Positions 18,605 to 27,620 of a stretch of DNA of 49,885 nucleotides are shown in pieces. A program made the translations under genes and the position numbers. The notes beneath the pieces were generated by a model. That model was not told the DNA's origin and searched no databases. It worked only from the letters and a program-made list of their open reading frames with translations. Position 1 is the first letter of the stretch. Each line of letters starts with the position of its first letter. The stretch is from positions 1 through 49,885 of the forward strand of contig JALUVI010000074.1 of the NCBI GenBank assembly GCA_027020785.1, written 5' to 3'. Origin of the DNA: Planctomycetota bacterium (lineage in GTDB: Bacteria; Planctomycetota; UBA1135).

Positions 18605-19538
18605 AGGCTTCCAGGATGCGCTGCACCAACGCGCTGCGCTGCACGTCCTGCCGATGGAACTCGACGCTGCCGACCTCGGGGGCGTCGCGCAGACGCGCGA
18701 TGGCGTCCTCGAGACCGCCGGCACTGCCCGAAGGCAGGTCGGTCTGGGTGTGGTCGCCGGTGACCACCGCCCGCGACCCCTCGCCGATGCGGGTCAGGAA
18801 CATCTTCATCTGGACCGGCGTCGCGTTCTGCGCCTCGTCGAGGATGACGAAGCTGTGGTTGAGGGTCCGCCCGCGCATGAAGGCCAACGGTGCGACCTCG
18901 ATGCGGTCCTGCTCACGCAGGCGACGCAGCGACGACGGCGACGCCAGGTCCTCGAGGGCGTCGTAGAGCGGGCGCAGGTACGGATCCACCTTCTCCTCCA
19001 GGTCGCCGGGCAGGAAGCCGAGCCGCTCGCCGGCCTCGACCGCGGGGCGGGTCAGGACCAGGCGGCGCACCCGACCGGCCGCGATCTCCTCCAACGCCGC
19101 AGCCACGGCGAGGAAGGTCTTGCCGGTCCCCGCCGGCCCGATGGCGAACACCAGGTCCTTGCTGCGCAGCAGGTCGAGGTAGCGCTGCTGCGTCTCGGTG
19201 CGCGCTTCCGGGGTGCGCACGCGCAGGTGCAGGCGCTCACCACCCCGCACGGAGTCCCGGGCGCCGAGACGCCGCAACGCAGGCGGGCCCTCACCGAGCA
19301 GGCGGGCGCGGAGTTCGGCCGGCGCCAGTTCCCCACCCGAGCGCAGGACGCCGAGGACGTCCTCGACCCGTCGCGCCACCTCTTCCACCCGGTCCTCGGG
19401 CCCGGACAGGCGCAGGTCGCCGCCGCGCGACGAGAACCGAACCTGGAGGCGGCGCGAGACTTCCTTGGCGTGACGATCGTGGGGACCGAAGAGCTGGCGT
19501 TCCTCTTCGATGGAAAGCAGGGGGATGCGGGTCTCCAA
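18591..19538 (-). CDS. phoH: PhoH family ATPase
   Basis: [52 protein letters not shown]; probable TTG start at 19538. Confidence 0.93.
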   Translation of the reverse strand: METRIPLLSIEEERQLFGPHDRHAKEVSRRLQVRFSSRGGDLRLSGPEDRVEEVARRVEDVLGVLRSGGELAPAELRARLLGEGPPALRRLGARDSVRGGERLHLRVRTPEARTETQQRYLDLLRSKDLVFAIGPAGTGKTFLAVAAALEEIAAGRVRRLVLTRPAVEAGERLGFLPGDLEEKVDPYLRPLYDALEDLASPSSLRRLREQDRIEVAPLAFMRGRTLNHSFVILDEAQNATPVQMKMFLTRIGEGSRAVVTGDHTQTDLPSGSAGGLEDAIARLRDAPEVGSVEFHRQDVQRSALVQRILEAYGDL

Positions 19539-19575
19539 TGCGTCCGTGGGCCACTCGGCCGGAACCGGCGGGCCC

Positions 19576-20406
19576 TCAACCCGAATGATACCCCGCGATC
19601 CGGAGCCAGGTCTCGAGGACCGGCGCCGCCAGCAGGAACGAGTCGGCCATGTCCAGGGCGCCGCCGAAGGCGGGCAGGAGCCCCCCGGAATCCTTGGCCC
19701 GGGCCGCCCGCTTGAGCAGGCTGGCGACCAGATCACCGAACTGTCCGGCGACGTTGGCCAGCAGCGCAGCCGGCAACCAGACGCCCATCGCCGGGGCGCC
19801 GCCCTCGGGGAAGACCCAGACGACGGCGGCCCAGCCCGCGGCCGTACCGGCGAGGAGGGCCGCGATCGCCCCCTCCCAGGACTTGTTGGGGCTGACCGCG
19901 GGAACGAGCTTGTGCCGGCCGATGCGGGTGCCGACCAGGAAGGCCGCCGAGTCGCCGGCCTTGCACACCGCGACCAGGAACACCAACCAGGACCAGCCGT
20001 CGGCCCAGGTGGTGCGCACCACGCCGAGGCGGCCCAACATCACGGCGACGACGAGCAGCGGCAGGAGCGTGCCGGCGATGCGCAGCGGGGCGTCCTGGGG
20101 CCGACCGGCGAGGACCTCGCCGCAGAGGTAGAGGACCAGGGCCGGCACCAACAGGGTCAACGGCTCCACCCCCCAGCCGGGGGCGCCGAGGAGGACGGCG
20201 CCGACGAGCAGGCCGGGCAGCAGACGCGGCCGCAACCCGGAACGGGCGCAGAGGTCGGCGGCCTCGAACTGCGCGACCAGGGAGACGACGCCGAGCACCA
20301 GCAGGCCGGGCCAGGGTCCGAAGCCGCGGTCGAGGAGGAAGATCCCGACCAGGGCCGCGACCAGGACGCTGCCGAGGGTGAGGCGGGTCCGCAGGATCGG
20401 ACTCAC
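19576..20406 (-). CDS. cdsA: Phosphatidate cytidylyltransferase
   Basis: [53 protein letters not shown]; GTG overlaps the uppS stop. Confidence 0.93.
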   Translation of the reverse strand: MSPILRTRLTLGSVLVAALVGIFLLDRGFGPWPGLLVLGVVSLVAQFEAADLCARSGLRPRLLPGLLVGAVLLGAPGWGVEPLTLLVPALVLYLCGEVLAGRPQDAPLRIAGTLLPLLVVAVMLGRLGVVRTTWADGWSWLVFLVAVCKAGDSAAFLVGTRIGRHKLVPAVSPNKSWEGAIAALLAGTAAGWAAVVWVFPEGGAPAMGVWLPAALLANVAGQFGDLVASLLKRAARAKDSGGLLPAFGGALDMADSFLLAAPVLETWLRIAGYHSG

Positions 20407-21164
20407 CGGCGCCCTCCCTCGCACGCGGACGTCCCGGACGCCGGCACCCCGCCGAAACGCCGCGTCCGCCGGTGGTAGTCGCGCAGCGCCTCGAGCAGGT
20501 CGGCGCGCCGGAACTCGGGCCAGGTCTTGTCGCTGAAGTGCAGCTCGGCGTAGGACACCTGCCACAACAGGAAGTTCGACAACCGTTCCTCGCCGGCGGT
20601 GCGGATCACCAGGTCGGGGTCGGGCATCTCCGGGTCGTAGAGGAAGGCGGCGAAGGCGTCTTCGTCGAGCGCCTCCAGGGCGGCCTCGTCGAACTCGCCG
20701 GCGCGCACCCGCCGCGCCAGCTCGCGGGCCGCATCCACGATCTCGGTCCGGCCGCCGTAGGACAGGGCGAGCCGCAAGGTCAGGCGGTCGCCCCCGGCGG
20801 TCGCCTCCTCGACCCGACGCAACGCCTCGCGGACACCGGCGGGCAGGTCCGTGATCCGCCCCAGGGAACGCAGGCGGATGCGGTTCTCGACCAACCCGGC
20901 GCACTCACGTCCGAGGAAGTCCTCGAGGAAGGCCATCAACCCCTCCACCTCGTCGTCCGGACGGCGCCAGTTCTCGCGCGAGAAGGCGTAGAGCGTCAGG
21001 TTGGGGACGCCCCACTCGGCGCAGGCCTCGACCAGGTCGCGCACGCTCTCGGCGCCGACCCGGTGTCCCTCCAACCGCGGCAGGCCGCGACGCTCGGCCC
21101 AGCGGCCGTTGCCGTCCATGATGACGGCCACGTGGCGCGGCAGGGGAGCGAAGTCGGGCTTCAC
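20403..21164 (-). CDS. uppS: Undecaprenyl/polyprenyl diphosphate synthase
   Basis: HVAVIMDGNGRWA, YAFSRENWRR, SYGGR, IRTAGEERLSNFLLWQ, RRFGG. Confidence 0.96.
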   Translation of the reverse strand: MKPDFAPLPRHVAVIMDGNGRWAERRGLPRLEGHRVGAESVRDLVEACAEWGVPNLTLYAFSRENWRRPDDEVEGLMAFLEDFLGRECAGLVENRIRLRSLGRITDLPAGVREALRRVEEATAGGDRLTLRLALSYGGRTEIVDAARELARRVRAGEFDEAALEALDEDAFAAFLYDPEMPDPDLVIRTAGEERLSNFLLWQVSYAELHFSDKTWPEFRRADLLEALRDYHRRTRRFGGVPASGTSACEGGRR

Positions 21165-22471
21165 GACCAGGTCCAGGGTACCGCAGGGTCGGTGTCGAAC
21201 ATCTGCTCGCGCCCCGGACCGACCGAGAGGCTCACGATGGGCACCCCGAGGCGTTCGGCCAGGAAGTCCACGTAGGCGCGGGCCGCCGCAGGGAGGTCGG
21301 CGAGACGGCGCGCCGCGGTCAGGTCCTCGTCCCAGCCGGGCAGTTCCTCGTAGACCGGCTCGACCGCCTCCAACGCCGAGCAACCGAGCTCGGCGGGCCA
21401 GTCCTCGACGACGCGGCCGTCGGGCAGACGGTAGGCCACCGCCACCGGCAGCCGGGCGAACCCCGACAGCACGTCGAGATTGGTGATCACCACGCCCTGC
21501 AGCCCGTTGGCCCGGGCGGCGTAGCGCGCCTGCACGGTGTCGAACCAGCCGCAGCGCCGCGGCCGTCCGGTGGTGGCGCCGTACTCGTTGCCCTGCTCAC
21601 GCAGCCGCTCGCCGAGCGGGCCGTGCTCCTCGGTCGGGAACGGTCCCTCGCCGACCCGCGTGCAGTAGGCCTTGGCCACCGCGAACGCACGCTCGAGCCG
21701 ATGCGGCGGGAAGCCGGTGCCCCCGAAGATGCCCCAGGTCCCGGTCCAGGACGAGGTCACGTAGGGGTAGGTGCCGCCGTCGAGGTCCAGCATGGACCCC
21801 TGCGCTCCCTCGAACAGGATGCGCTCGCCGGCGGCGTCGGCGTGCTGCAGGAGCGCGCCGCCGTCCACCACCAGGGGGCGCAGCCGTTCCGCCGCGGCGC
21901 GGACCTCCTCGGCGATGCGCGCCGGGTCCTCGAGGCGGCGGCCGTAGACCTTCTCGGCGATCGCCGCCTTCTCGGCCAGCAGTGCCTCGAAACGGACCGC
22001 GAAGGACTCCTCGTCGAGCACGTCGGCGAGACGGATGCCGGTGCGCGCCACCTTGTCGGCGTAGGTCGGCCCGATGCCGCGGCCGGTGGTGCCGATGCGG
22101 CCGGAGCCGCGCCACACCTCGGCCATCGCGTCGAGCTCGCGGTGGAACGGGAAGATGAGGTGGACCCGACCGTCCACCCGCAGGCGTTCGCGCACCGCGA
22201 CCCCGCGCGCCTCCAACCCGGCCATCTCCTCCTCGAGGGCGTGGAGGTCCACCACCACGCCGCGGCCGATCAGGTTGACCTTGCCCTCGTGGAGGATGCC
22301 GCCCGGGATCAGGTGGAGGACGTAGCGCTCCTCACCGACCCAGACGGTGTGGCCGGCGTTGTTGCCGCCGGCGTAGCGGGCGACGTGGCCGGCCTCTTCG
22401 GCGAGGCGGTCGATGACCTTCCCCTTCCCTTCGTCCCCCCATTGGAGACCGACGATGGCGGTGGCGGGCAT
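21161..22471 (-). CDS. purA: Adenylosuccinate synthetase
   Basis: GLQWGDEGKGK, GGNNAGHT, IGTTGRGIGPTY, EGAQG, GTYPYVTSS, GATTGRPRRCGWFD. Confidence 0.97.
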   Translation of the reverse strand: MPATAIVGLQWGDEGKGKVIDRLAEEAGHVARYAGGNNAGHTVWVGEERYVLHLIPGGILHEGKVNLIGRGVVVDLHALEEEMAGLEARGVAVRERLRVDGRVHLIFPFHRELDAMAEVWRGSGRIGTTGRGIGPTYADKVARTGIRLADVLDEESFAVRFEALLAEKAAIAEKVYGRRLEDPARIAEEVRAAAERLRPLVVDGGALLQHADAAGERILFEGAQGSMLDLDGGTYPYVTSSWTGTWGIFGGTGFPPHRLERAFAVAKAYCTRVGEGPFPTEEHGPLGERLREQGNEYGATTGRPRRCGWFDTVQARYAARANGLQGVVITNLDVLSGFARLPVAVAYRLPDGRVVEDWPAELGCSALEAVEPVYEELPGWDEDLTAARRLADLPAAARAYVDFLAERLGVPIVSLSVGPGREQMFDTDPAVPWTWS

Positions 22472-22574
22472 GAGTGCGGTGGCGGTCGGAGCGTGCTCTC
22501 GGGGGGCGGCCGTCGGGCCGGGAACGGGGCATTGTCGCCGCGCCGGCCCGTCCCGCCAAGGGCCGCCGCGCGTT

Positions 22575-23315
22575 TCAGGGCCGCTCCACGCGGCTGCCGG
22601 GCACGACGTCCTCGGAGCCGTCCTCCCAACGCACCCACGCCTTGGTCCCGCCGTCGTAGTCGCGGGCCTCGAGCAGGAGGGTGGCCGGGCGGCCCAGGGC
22701 CCGGCACGGCTCGGCCCCCACGGCGGCCTCACCGCGCCATGCCCGCACGAAGGGGTTCTCGCGCCGCTCCCTCCCCACCGTGGTCGGCTCCATGTGGCCC
22801 GGCAGGACCGGCGTCTCCTCGGGCAGGGCCAGGAGGACGTCGAGGACGGACCGCCGCAGGTCCTCGAACCGCCCGTGCCCCGGCCCCCGGGTCCCCCCCA
22901 CGCTGCCGCGGAACAGGGTGTCGCCGGTGAAGACCCCGACTCCGGCGACGGAGAAGGCGAGCTGCCCGACGGTGTGGCCGGGCACGTGGAGCACGCGGAC
23001 CGCAACACCGCCCAGGTCCAGGTCCTCTCCGCCGACGAGCCGGCGGTCACAGCCCGGCACGCGGTCGGCCTCGAGCGCGTGGGCGTACACCGGACAACCG
23101 CAGCGCTCGGCCCACGCCGCGGCGTGGGCGCAGTGGTCGGGGTGGAAGTGCGTGACCAGCACCGCGGCGAGACGCCGCCCGGAGTCGGCGAGCCGCGCGA
23201 GCAGGGGCTCGGGCGGCGCGCCGGCGTCCACCAGGAACGCCTCCTCGGCCGCCTCGGGCTCGACCAGCCAGGCGTTGGACAGCCAACGCGGATGGCGCGA
23301 GACCGTGACCGTCAC
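22575..23315 (-). CDS. MBL-fold metallo-hydrolase (glyoxalase II-like)
   Basis: THFHPDH, PGHT, FTGDTLF, LPGH, ERRENPF; probable GTG start at 23315. Confidence 0.88.
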   Translation of the reverse strand: MTVTVSRHPRWLSNAWLVEPEAAEEAFLVDAGAPPEPLLARLADSGRRLAAVLVTHFHPDHCAHAAAWAERCGCPVYAHALEADRVPGCDRRLVGGEDLDLGGVAVRVLHVPGHTVGQLAFSVAGVGVFTGDTLFRGSVGGTRGPGHGRFEDLRRSVLDVLLALPEETPVLPGHMEPTTVGRERRENPFVRAWRGEAAVGAEPCRALGRPATLLLEARDYDGGTKAWVRWEDGSEDVVPGSRVERP

Positions 23316-23320
23316 CGGCG

Positions 23321-24193
23321 TCAGGACACAGCCTGGTCGAGGTGGACGTCGAGCTGCGGGAAGGGAATCCCGATGCCGGCGGCGTCGAGCTCCTTCTTGA
23401 TCGCGACCGTGGTCGCCTCCTTGCACGGCCAGTAGTCCTCGGTGCGGCACCACACCCGGACCACCCAGTCCACCGAGGAGGCGCCGAGCCCGGTACAGAC
23501 CACCTGGTGGCCCAGTTCGGGATCGCGCTGCGGGACCGACGCCGCAGCCTTCTCGAGGACCTCGCGGGTGCGGTCGAGGTCGGCCGCGTAGTCCACGCCG
23601 ACGGCGACGTCGGCGCGCCGCTTGGGGTTGTGGGTCACGTTCTCGATGGTCGAGCCGTAGACCGAACCGTTCGGCACGATGATGCGGCGCCCGTCCGGGG
23701 TGTCGAGCTGGGTCGAGAACAGACCGATCTCGAGGACCTTGCCGGTGATGCCGCCGACGTTCACGACGTCGCCGACCCGGAACGGACGGAACACGAGCAG
23801 CATCACGCCGGAGGCGAAGTTGCCGAGCGTGCCCTGCAACGCCATGCCGATGGCGAAGCCGGCGGCGCCGAGGACCACCGCGAAGCTCGCGGTCTCGATG
23901 CCGAACATGCCGAGGACGACGAGGAGGCCGAGGACGACGACCAGCCAGCGCACCAGCTTGCCGAAGAACAGCGCCAGCGTCCGGTCCACCTTGGCGCGCT
24001 CGCTCGCCCGCACCGTCAGGTTGGACGCGATCCGCGCCACACGGAAGGTCACGAACAGGGCGAGCAGGGCGAGGAGGACGCTCGGCCCGCGGTCGCGGAG
24101 CACCTCCATCCAGTGCTCGACGGAGAAGAAGGGCGAGGCCTCCTGGGCCTCGGGCATGGGGGTCTCCTGGAGGAGGGAGAAGAAGTGCTGCAT
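23321..24193 (-). CDS. mscS: Small-conductance mechanosensitive channel
   Basis: GAAGFAIGMALQGTLGNFASG, RPFRVGD, IVPNG, GIGIPFPQLDVH; start at 24193 or 24157. Confidence 0.92.
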   Translation of the reverse strand: MQHFFSLLQETPMPEAQEASPFFSVEHWMEVLRDRGPSVLLALLALFVTFRVARIASNLTVRASERAKVDRTLALFFGKLVRWLVVVLGLLVVLGMFGIETASFAVVLGAAGFAIGMALQGTLGNFASGVMLLVFRPFRVGDVVNVGGITGKVLEIGLFSTQLDTPDGRRIIVPNGSVYGSTIENVTHNPKRRADVAVGVDYAADLDRTREVLEKAAASVPQRDPELGHQVVCTGLGASSVDWVVRVWCRTEDYWPCKEATTVAIKKELDAAGIGIPFPQLDVHLDQAVS

Positions 24194-24227
24194 GACGCTG
24201 GGGGGAACCGTGGACGAAAGACGTCCC

Positions 24228-24235
24228 AGTATAGT
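24228..24235. promoter_or_regulatory. Overlapping divergent -10 hexamers (putative bidirectional promoter)
   Basis: TATAGT (+, 24230-24235) and TATACT (-, 24228-24233) in the 49-bp gap between divergent mscS and DUF2891 genes. Confidence 0.5.
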
Positions 24236-24242
24236 GGCGACG

Positions 24243-25445
24243 ATGCGACCCTCCGGCCGTTCCCCCGCCGCCGCGTGGGCTCCGCTCCTCGGGCTGGCCG
24301 GCGGCCTCGTCGCGACCGGCTTCGGGTGCGCGACTCCGCCGGCCCCGAATCCCGCTCCGGCCGCGACCGCCATGCCTCCGACCGATTCCGCTGCCGTGCT
24401 CACCGCGGAGCGCGCCGAGGCCTTCGCCCGACTCGCCCTCTCCGGCATCGTCCGCGAGTACCCGAACAAACCCGGACACGTCCTCGCCGGCCCCGACTCG
24501 GTGAAGACGCCGCGGGCCCTGCACCCGGCCTTCTACGGCAGCTTCGACTGGCACTCCTCGGTCCACGGCCACTGGACCCTGGTCCGCCTGCTGCGCCGCT
24601 TCCCCCAGGCCCGCTTCGCCGCCGACGCCCGCGCCGTCCTCGACGACCACCTGACGCCGGCGAAGATGCGGGCCGAGGCGGCCTACTTCCACCTCCCCGG
24701 CAACGGCTCCTTCGAGCGCATGTACGGCTGGGCCTGGCTGCTGCGCCTGGTCGCCGAGTGCGAGGCCGGAGCCGCCGACGACCCCGACCTGGCGCGCTGG
24801 CGCGAGGCGCTGCGACCGCTGGAGGACGAGATCGTCGCCCGCGCCCTGGCCTACCTGCCGAAGCTGCCGACCCCGATCCGGACCGGGGTCCACCCCGACA
24901 CCGGCTTCGCCCTGGCCCAGCTCCTCGACTACGCCCGACGCTGCGGCCGCGACGAACTCGCCGAGCTCGTCGTCGCCCGCGCCCACGAGTGGTACGGCGA
25001 CGACCGCGCCTGGCCGGTCGCCTACGAACCCTCGGGCGAGGACTTCTTCAGCTCCGGCCTGAACGAGGCCGACCTGATGCGCCGCGTGCTCCCGCCCGAC
25101 GCGTTCGCCGTCTGGCTGGACGGCTTCCTGCCCGACCTCTCGGCGGGCGGCCTCGGACCGCTCGCCACCGCCGCGGCCATCCCCGACTTCACCGACGGCC
25201 GTCTGGTCCACCTCGCCGGCCTGGACCTGTCGCGGGCCTGGTGCATGGAGGGCATCGCCGACGCCCTCGCAGCCCGCGACCCGGCCGACCCGCGGGTCGC
25301 GGTCCTGCGCGAAGCGGCCCGCGCCAACGCCGAGGTCGGCCTGGCCGCCGTCTTCAGCGGCCACTACGCGGGCGAGCACTGGCTGGCGACCTTCGCGGTC
25401 TACCTGCTGGACGCGGTCGGGCGCACCCCCCAACCGGGCTCGTAG
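24243..25445 (+). CDS. DUF2891 family protein (probable lipoprotein)
   Basis: REYPNK, HPAFYGSFDWHSSVHGHW, FERMYGWAWLL, YEPSGEDF, YAGEHWLATFA; N-terminal hydrophobic stretch ending GFGC. Confidence 0.85.
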   Translation: MRPSGRSPAAAWAPLLGLAGGLVATGFGCATPPAPNPAPAATAMPPTDSAAVLTAERAEAFARLALSGIVREYPNKPGHVLAGPDSVKTPRALHPAFYGSFDWHSSVHGHWTLVRLLRRFPQARFAADARAVLDDHLTPAKMRAEAAYFHLPGNGSFERMYGWAWLLRLVAECEAGAADDPDLARWREALRPLEDEIVARALAYLPKLPTPIRTGVHPDTGFALAQLLDYARRCGRDELAELVVARAHEWYGDDRAWPVAYEPSGEDFFSSGLNEADLMRRVLPPDAFAVWLDGFLPDLSAGGLGPLATAAAIPDFTDGRLVHLAGLDLSRAWCMEGIADALAARDPADPRVAVLREAARANAEVGLAAVFSGHYAGEHWLATFAVYLLDAVGRTPQPGS

Positions 25446-26899
25446 CCGGCGAGGTCGGCGGCGGTCACCGCGCCGTGGCCGGCGATGAGGAGGTCCACCC
25501 GGTCGGGCCCGAAGCGGCGCGGGTCGTCGAGCCCGCAGGAGGCCGCGAGGTGGAGCAACTCGCCCCGCAGCCCGTCGAGGTAGCGGGCCACCCGCTCCGC
25601 CTTGTCGGTGGGATCGAGCCCCCGCACCAGCCAGCGGTTCTGGGTCGCGACCCCGGTCGGGCAGTGGTCGGTGTGGCAGCGCATGGACTGGATGCAGCCC
25701 AGCGCCAGCATCGCCTCGCGGGCGACGTTGATCAGGTCGCAGCCCAGCGCCAGCGCCAGGGTGGCGCGGGAGGGGAGACCGAGGCGGCCCGAACCGACCC
25801 ACACCACCGACTCCTGCAACCCGAACTCGGCGAAGATGCGATAGACCTTCGGGAAGGCCTCCAGGAACGGGAAGGCGACGTGGTCGAGGTAGAGCAGGGG
25901 ACCGGCGCCGGTGCCGCCCTCGCCCCCGTCCACCACCACGTAGTCGGGGCCGCGGTCCGTCGCCGCCATCTGCGAGGCGAGCTGGCGCCAGAACGCCTCC
26001 TCCCCCACCGCCGACTTGATGCCGACCGGCAACCCGGTGGCGTCGGCGATGGACTCGACGAAGTCGAGCATGGACGAGACGTCGTGGAAGGCCGAGTGGG
26101 CGTTCGGACTGATGCAGTCCCGCCCCGGCTCCACTCCGCGGATGGCGGCGATCTCCGGCGACACCTTGGCCCCGGGCAGGATGCCGCCGTGCCCCGGCTT
26201 GGCGCCCTGCGACAACTTGATCTCGATCGCGCGCACCTGGGGCAGTTCGGCGCAGCGCTCCACCAGGCGCTCCATGCTGAAGCTGCCGTCCGGGTTGCGG
26301 GCGCCGAAGTAGCCGGTGCCGAGCTGCCAGATCAGCTCGCCCCCCTCCAGGTGGTACGGCGAGATCCCGCCCTCGCCGGTGTTGTGGAGCGCGCCGGCCA
26401 TGGCGCAACCCCGGTTCAGCGCCCGAACCGCCGGCGCGCTCAACGAGCCGAAGCTCATCGCCGAGACGTTGACCAGCGACTCGGGGCGGAACGCGCGGCG
26501 TCGGTTGCGGTGCCCTCCGATCACGACCTCGGCGGGCAACGGCCAGCGCCGCCCCAGGAGGTCGCCCGCCGGTTCGGGCGCCGGTTTCGGGAAGGCGGCG
26601 TGGCGGAAGATCGGGTATTCCTCTTCGTCCTCCAGGTGGTTGTCGGTGCCGAAGGCGAAGTAGTTGTTCTCGCCCTTGCAGGTGGCGTAGATCCACCTCC
26701 GTTGGTCGCGCGAGAAGGGCCGCTCCTGGTCGTTGCCGGTGACGATGTACTGGCGCAGCTCCGGGCCGATGGCCTCGAGCCAGTAGCGGAAGTGCCCGAT
26801 CACCGGAAAGTTCCGCAGGATGGTGTGCTTGCGCTGGGTCAGGTCGTAGACCAGCAACCCGAGGAGGACGGCGAGGAGGACGAGGAGGAAAGCCGACAT
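25400..26899 (-). CDS. FMN-binding glutamate synthase family protein
   Basis: ILRNFPVIGHFRY, SAMSFGSLS, NTGEGG, EIKLSQGAKPGHGG, DGGEGGTGA, GCIQSMRCHTDHCPTG (3Fe-4S motif). Confidence 0.92.
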   Translation of the reverse strand: MSAFLLVLLAVLLGLLVYDLTQRKHTILRNFPVIGHFRYWLEAIGPELRQYIVTGNDQERPFSRDQRRWIYATCKGENNYFAFGTDNHLEDEEEYPIFRHAAFPKPAPEPAGDLLGRRWPLPAEVVIGGHRNRRRAFRPESLVNVSAMSFGSLSAPAVRALNRGCAMAGALHNTGEGGISPYHLEGGELIWQLGTGYFGARNPDGSFSMERLVERCAELPQVRAIEIKLSQGAKPGHGGILPGAKVSPEIAAIRGVEPGRDCISPNAHSAFHDVSSMLDFVESIADATGLPVGIKSAVGEEAFWRQLASQMAATDRGPDYVVVDGGEGGTGAGPLLYLDHVAFPFLEAFPKVYRIFAEFGLQESVVWVGSGRLGLPSRATLALALGCDLINVAREAMLALGCIQSMRCHTDHCPTGVATQNRWLVRGLDPTDKAERVARYLDGLRGELLHLAASCGLDDPRRFGPDRVDLLIAGHGAVTAADLAGYEPGWGVRPTASSR

Positions 26900-26921
26900 G
26901 GTGGTCCGCCCCGGCATGCTA

Positions 26922-26954
26922 ACCGCCCCGTCCGCGACGGGCGGACGGGGCGGT
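26922..26954 (-). terminator. Perfect 14-bp hairpin downstream of hsp20 (probable terminator)
   Basis: ACCGCCCCGTCCGC-GACGG-GCGGACGGGGCGGT; lacks a U-tract. Confidence 0.55.
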
Positions 26955-27000
26955 CGTCGTTCCGGTCCCGGGCCGGGCGCCCGAACCGTGCTCCCGCGCT

Positions 27001-27450
27001 CTAGGCGGTCGTGATCTCGATCTCGCGCGAGCGCGGCCGCGCCTCCGCGGTCTTCGGCAGGTGCACGGTGAGGACTCCGTCCTCGAAGACGGCGCGGATG
27101 CCGTCCTCCTCGACCGTCTCCGGCAGCACGAAGCTGCGGGCGAAGGCGCCATAGAAGCGCTCGACGCGGTGCCACCGGCCCTGGTTCTCCTCGTGCTCAC
27201 GGCGCCGCTCGCCGCGGATCGTCAGCACGTTCTCGTCCAGGCTGATGTGGACGTCGTCCTTCTTGACCTGGGGCAGGTCCATCTCGATGACGTACTCGTC
27301 GTCGGTCTCGCGGATGTCCACCGCCGGGATCCAGTCGGCCTGGGTCATCGCCTCCTGGGCGCCGGGGGTGACCCGGAAGGGCCGCAGGGCGCGGCCGAAG
27401 AACTCCTCGAGCTCCCGCATCGGGGTCCACTGGGCAAGGGTCTGGGTCAT
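27001..27450 (-). CDS. Hsp20/alpha-crystallin small heat-shock protein
   Basis: WIPAVDIRET, LTIRGER, RVERFYGAFARSFVLP, A.FEDGVLTVHLPK; AGGAGG RBS before ATG 27450. Confidence 0.95.
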   Translation of the reverse strand: MTQTLAQWTPMRELEEFFGRALRPFRVTPGAQEAMTQADWIPAVDIRETDDEYVIEMDLPQVKKDDVHISLDENVLTIRGERRREHEENQGRWHRVERFYGAFARSFVLPETVEEDGIRAVFEDGVLTVHLPKTAEARPRSREIEITTA

Positions 27451-27519
27451 GTCGGTTCCTCCTGTCAGATGACGTTCTGCTGTGGTTTCGGCAGCCTTCC
27501 GGCCGCACGCCCGGCACCA

Positions 27520-27535
27520 TGCAAGGAGCGTGCCG
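27520..27535 (-). promoter_or_regulatory. Sigma-54-type -24/-12 promoter upstream of hsp20
   Basis: Minus strand CGGCACG-CTCC-TTGCA versus consensus TGGCACG-N4-TTGCW, about 70 nt upstream of the start. Confidence 0.7.
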
Positions 27536-27555
27536 ACTCCGAAGCGGAAGGAGGA

Positions 27556-27593
27556 CGGGCCCCGGCCTGCCAGAGCGGCAGAGCCGGGGCCCG
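27556..27593 (-). terminator. Hairpin after the FG-GAP gene (probable terminator)
   Basis: CGGGCCCCGGC / GCCGGGGCCCG 11-bp stem plus inner CTGCC/GGCAG; pyrimidine-rich tail on the minus strand. Confidence 0.5.
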
Positions 27594-27620
27594 GGGAGGT
27601 CCCACGACGGAGCCTGGGGA

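Noticed and set aside
25400-25445. 46-bp convergent overlap of DUF2891 and glutamate-synthase-family genes (also 13 bp at 6934-6946)
   Set aside because: Short 3' overlaps are common in compact high-GC genomes; no evidence of function.
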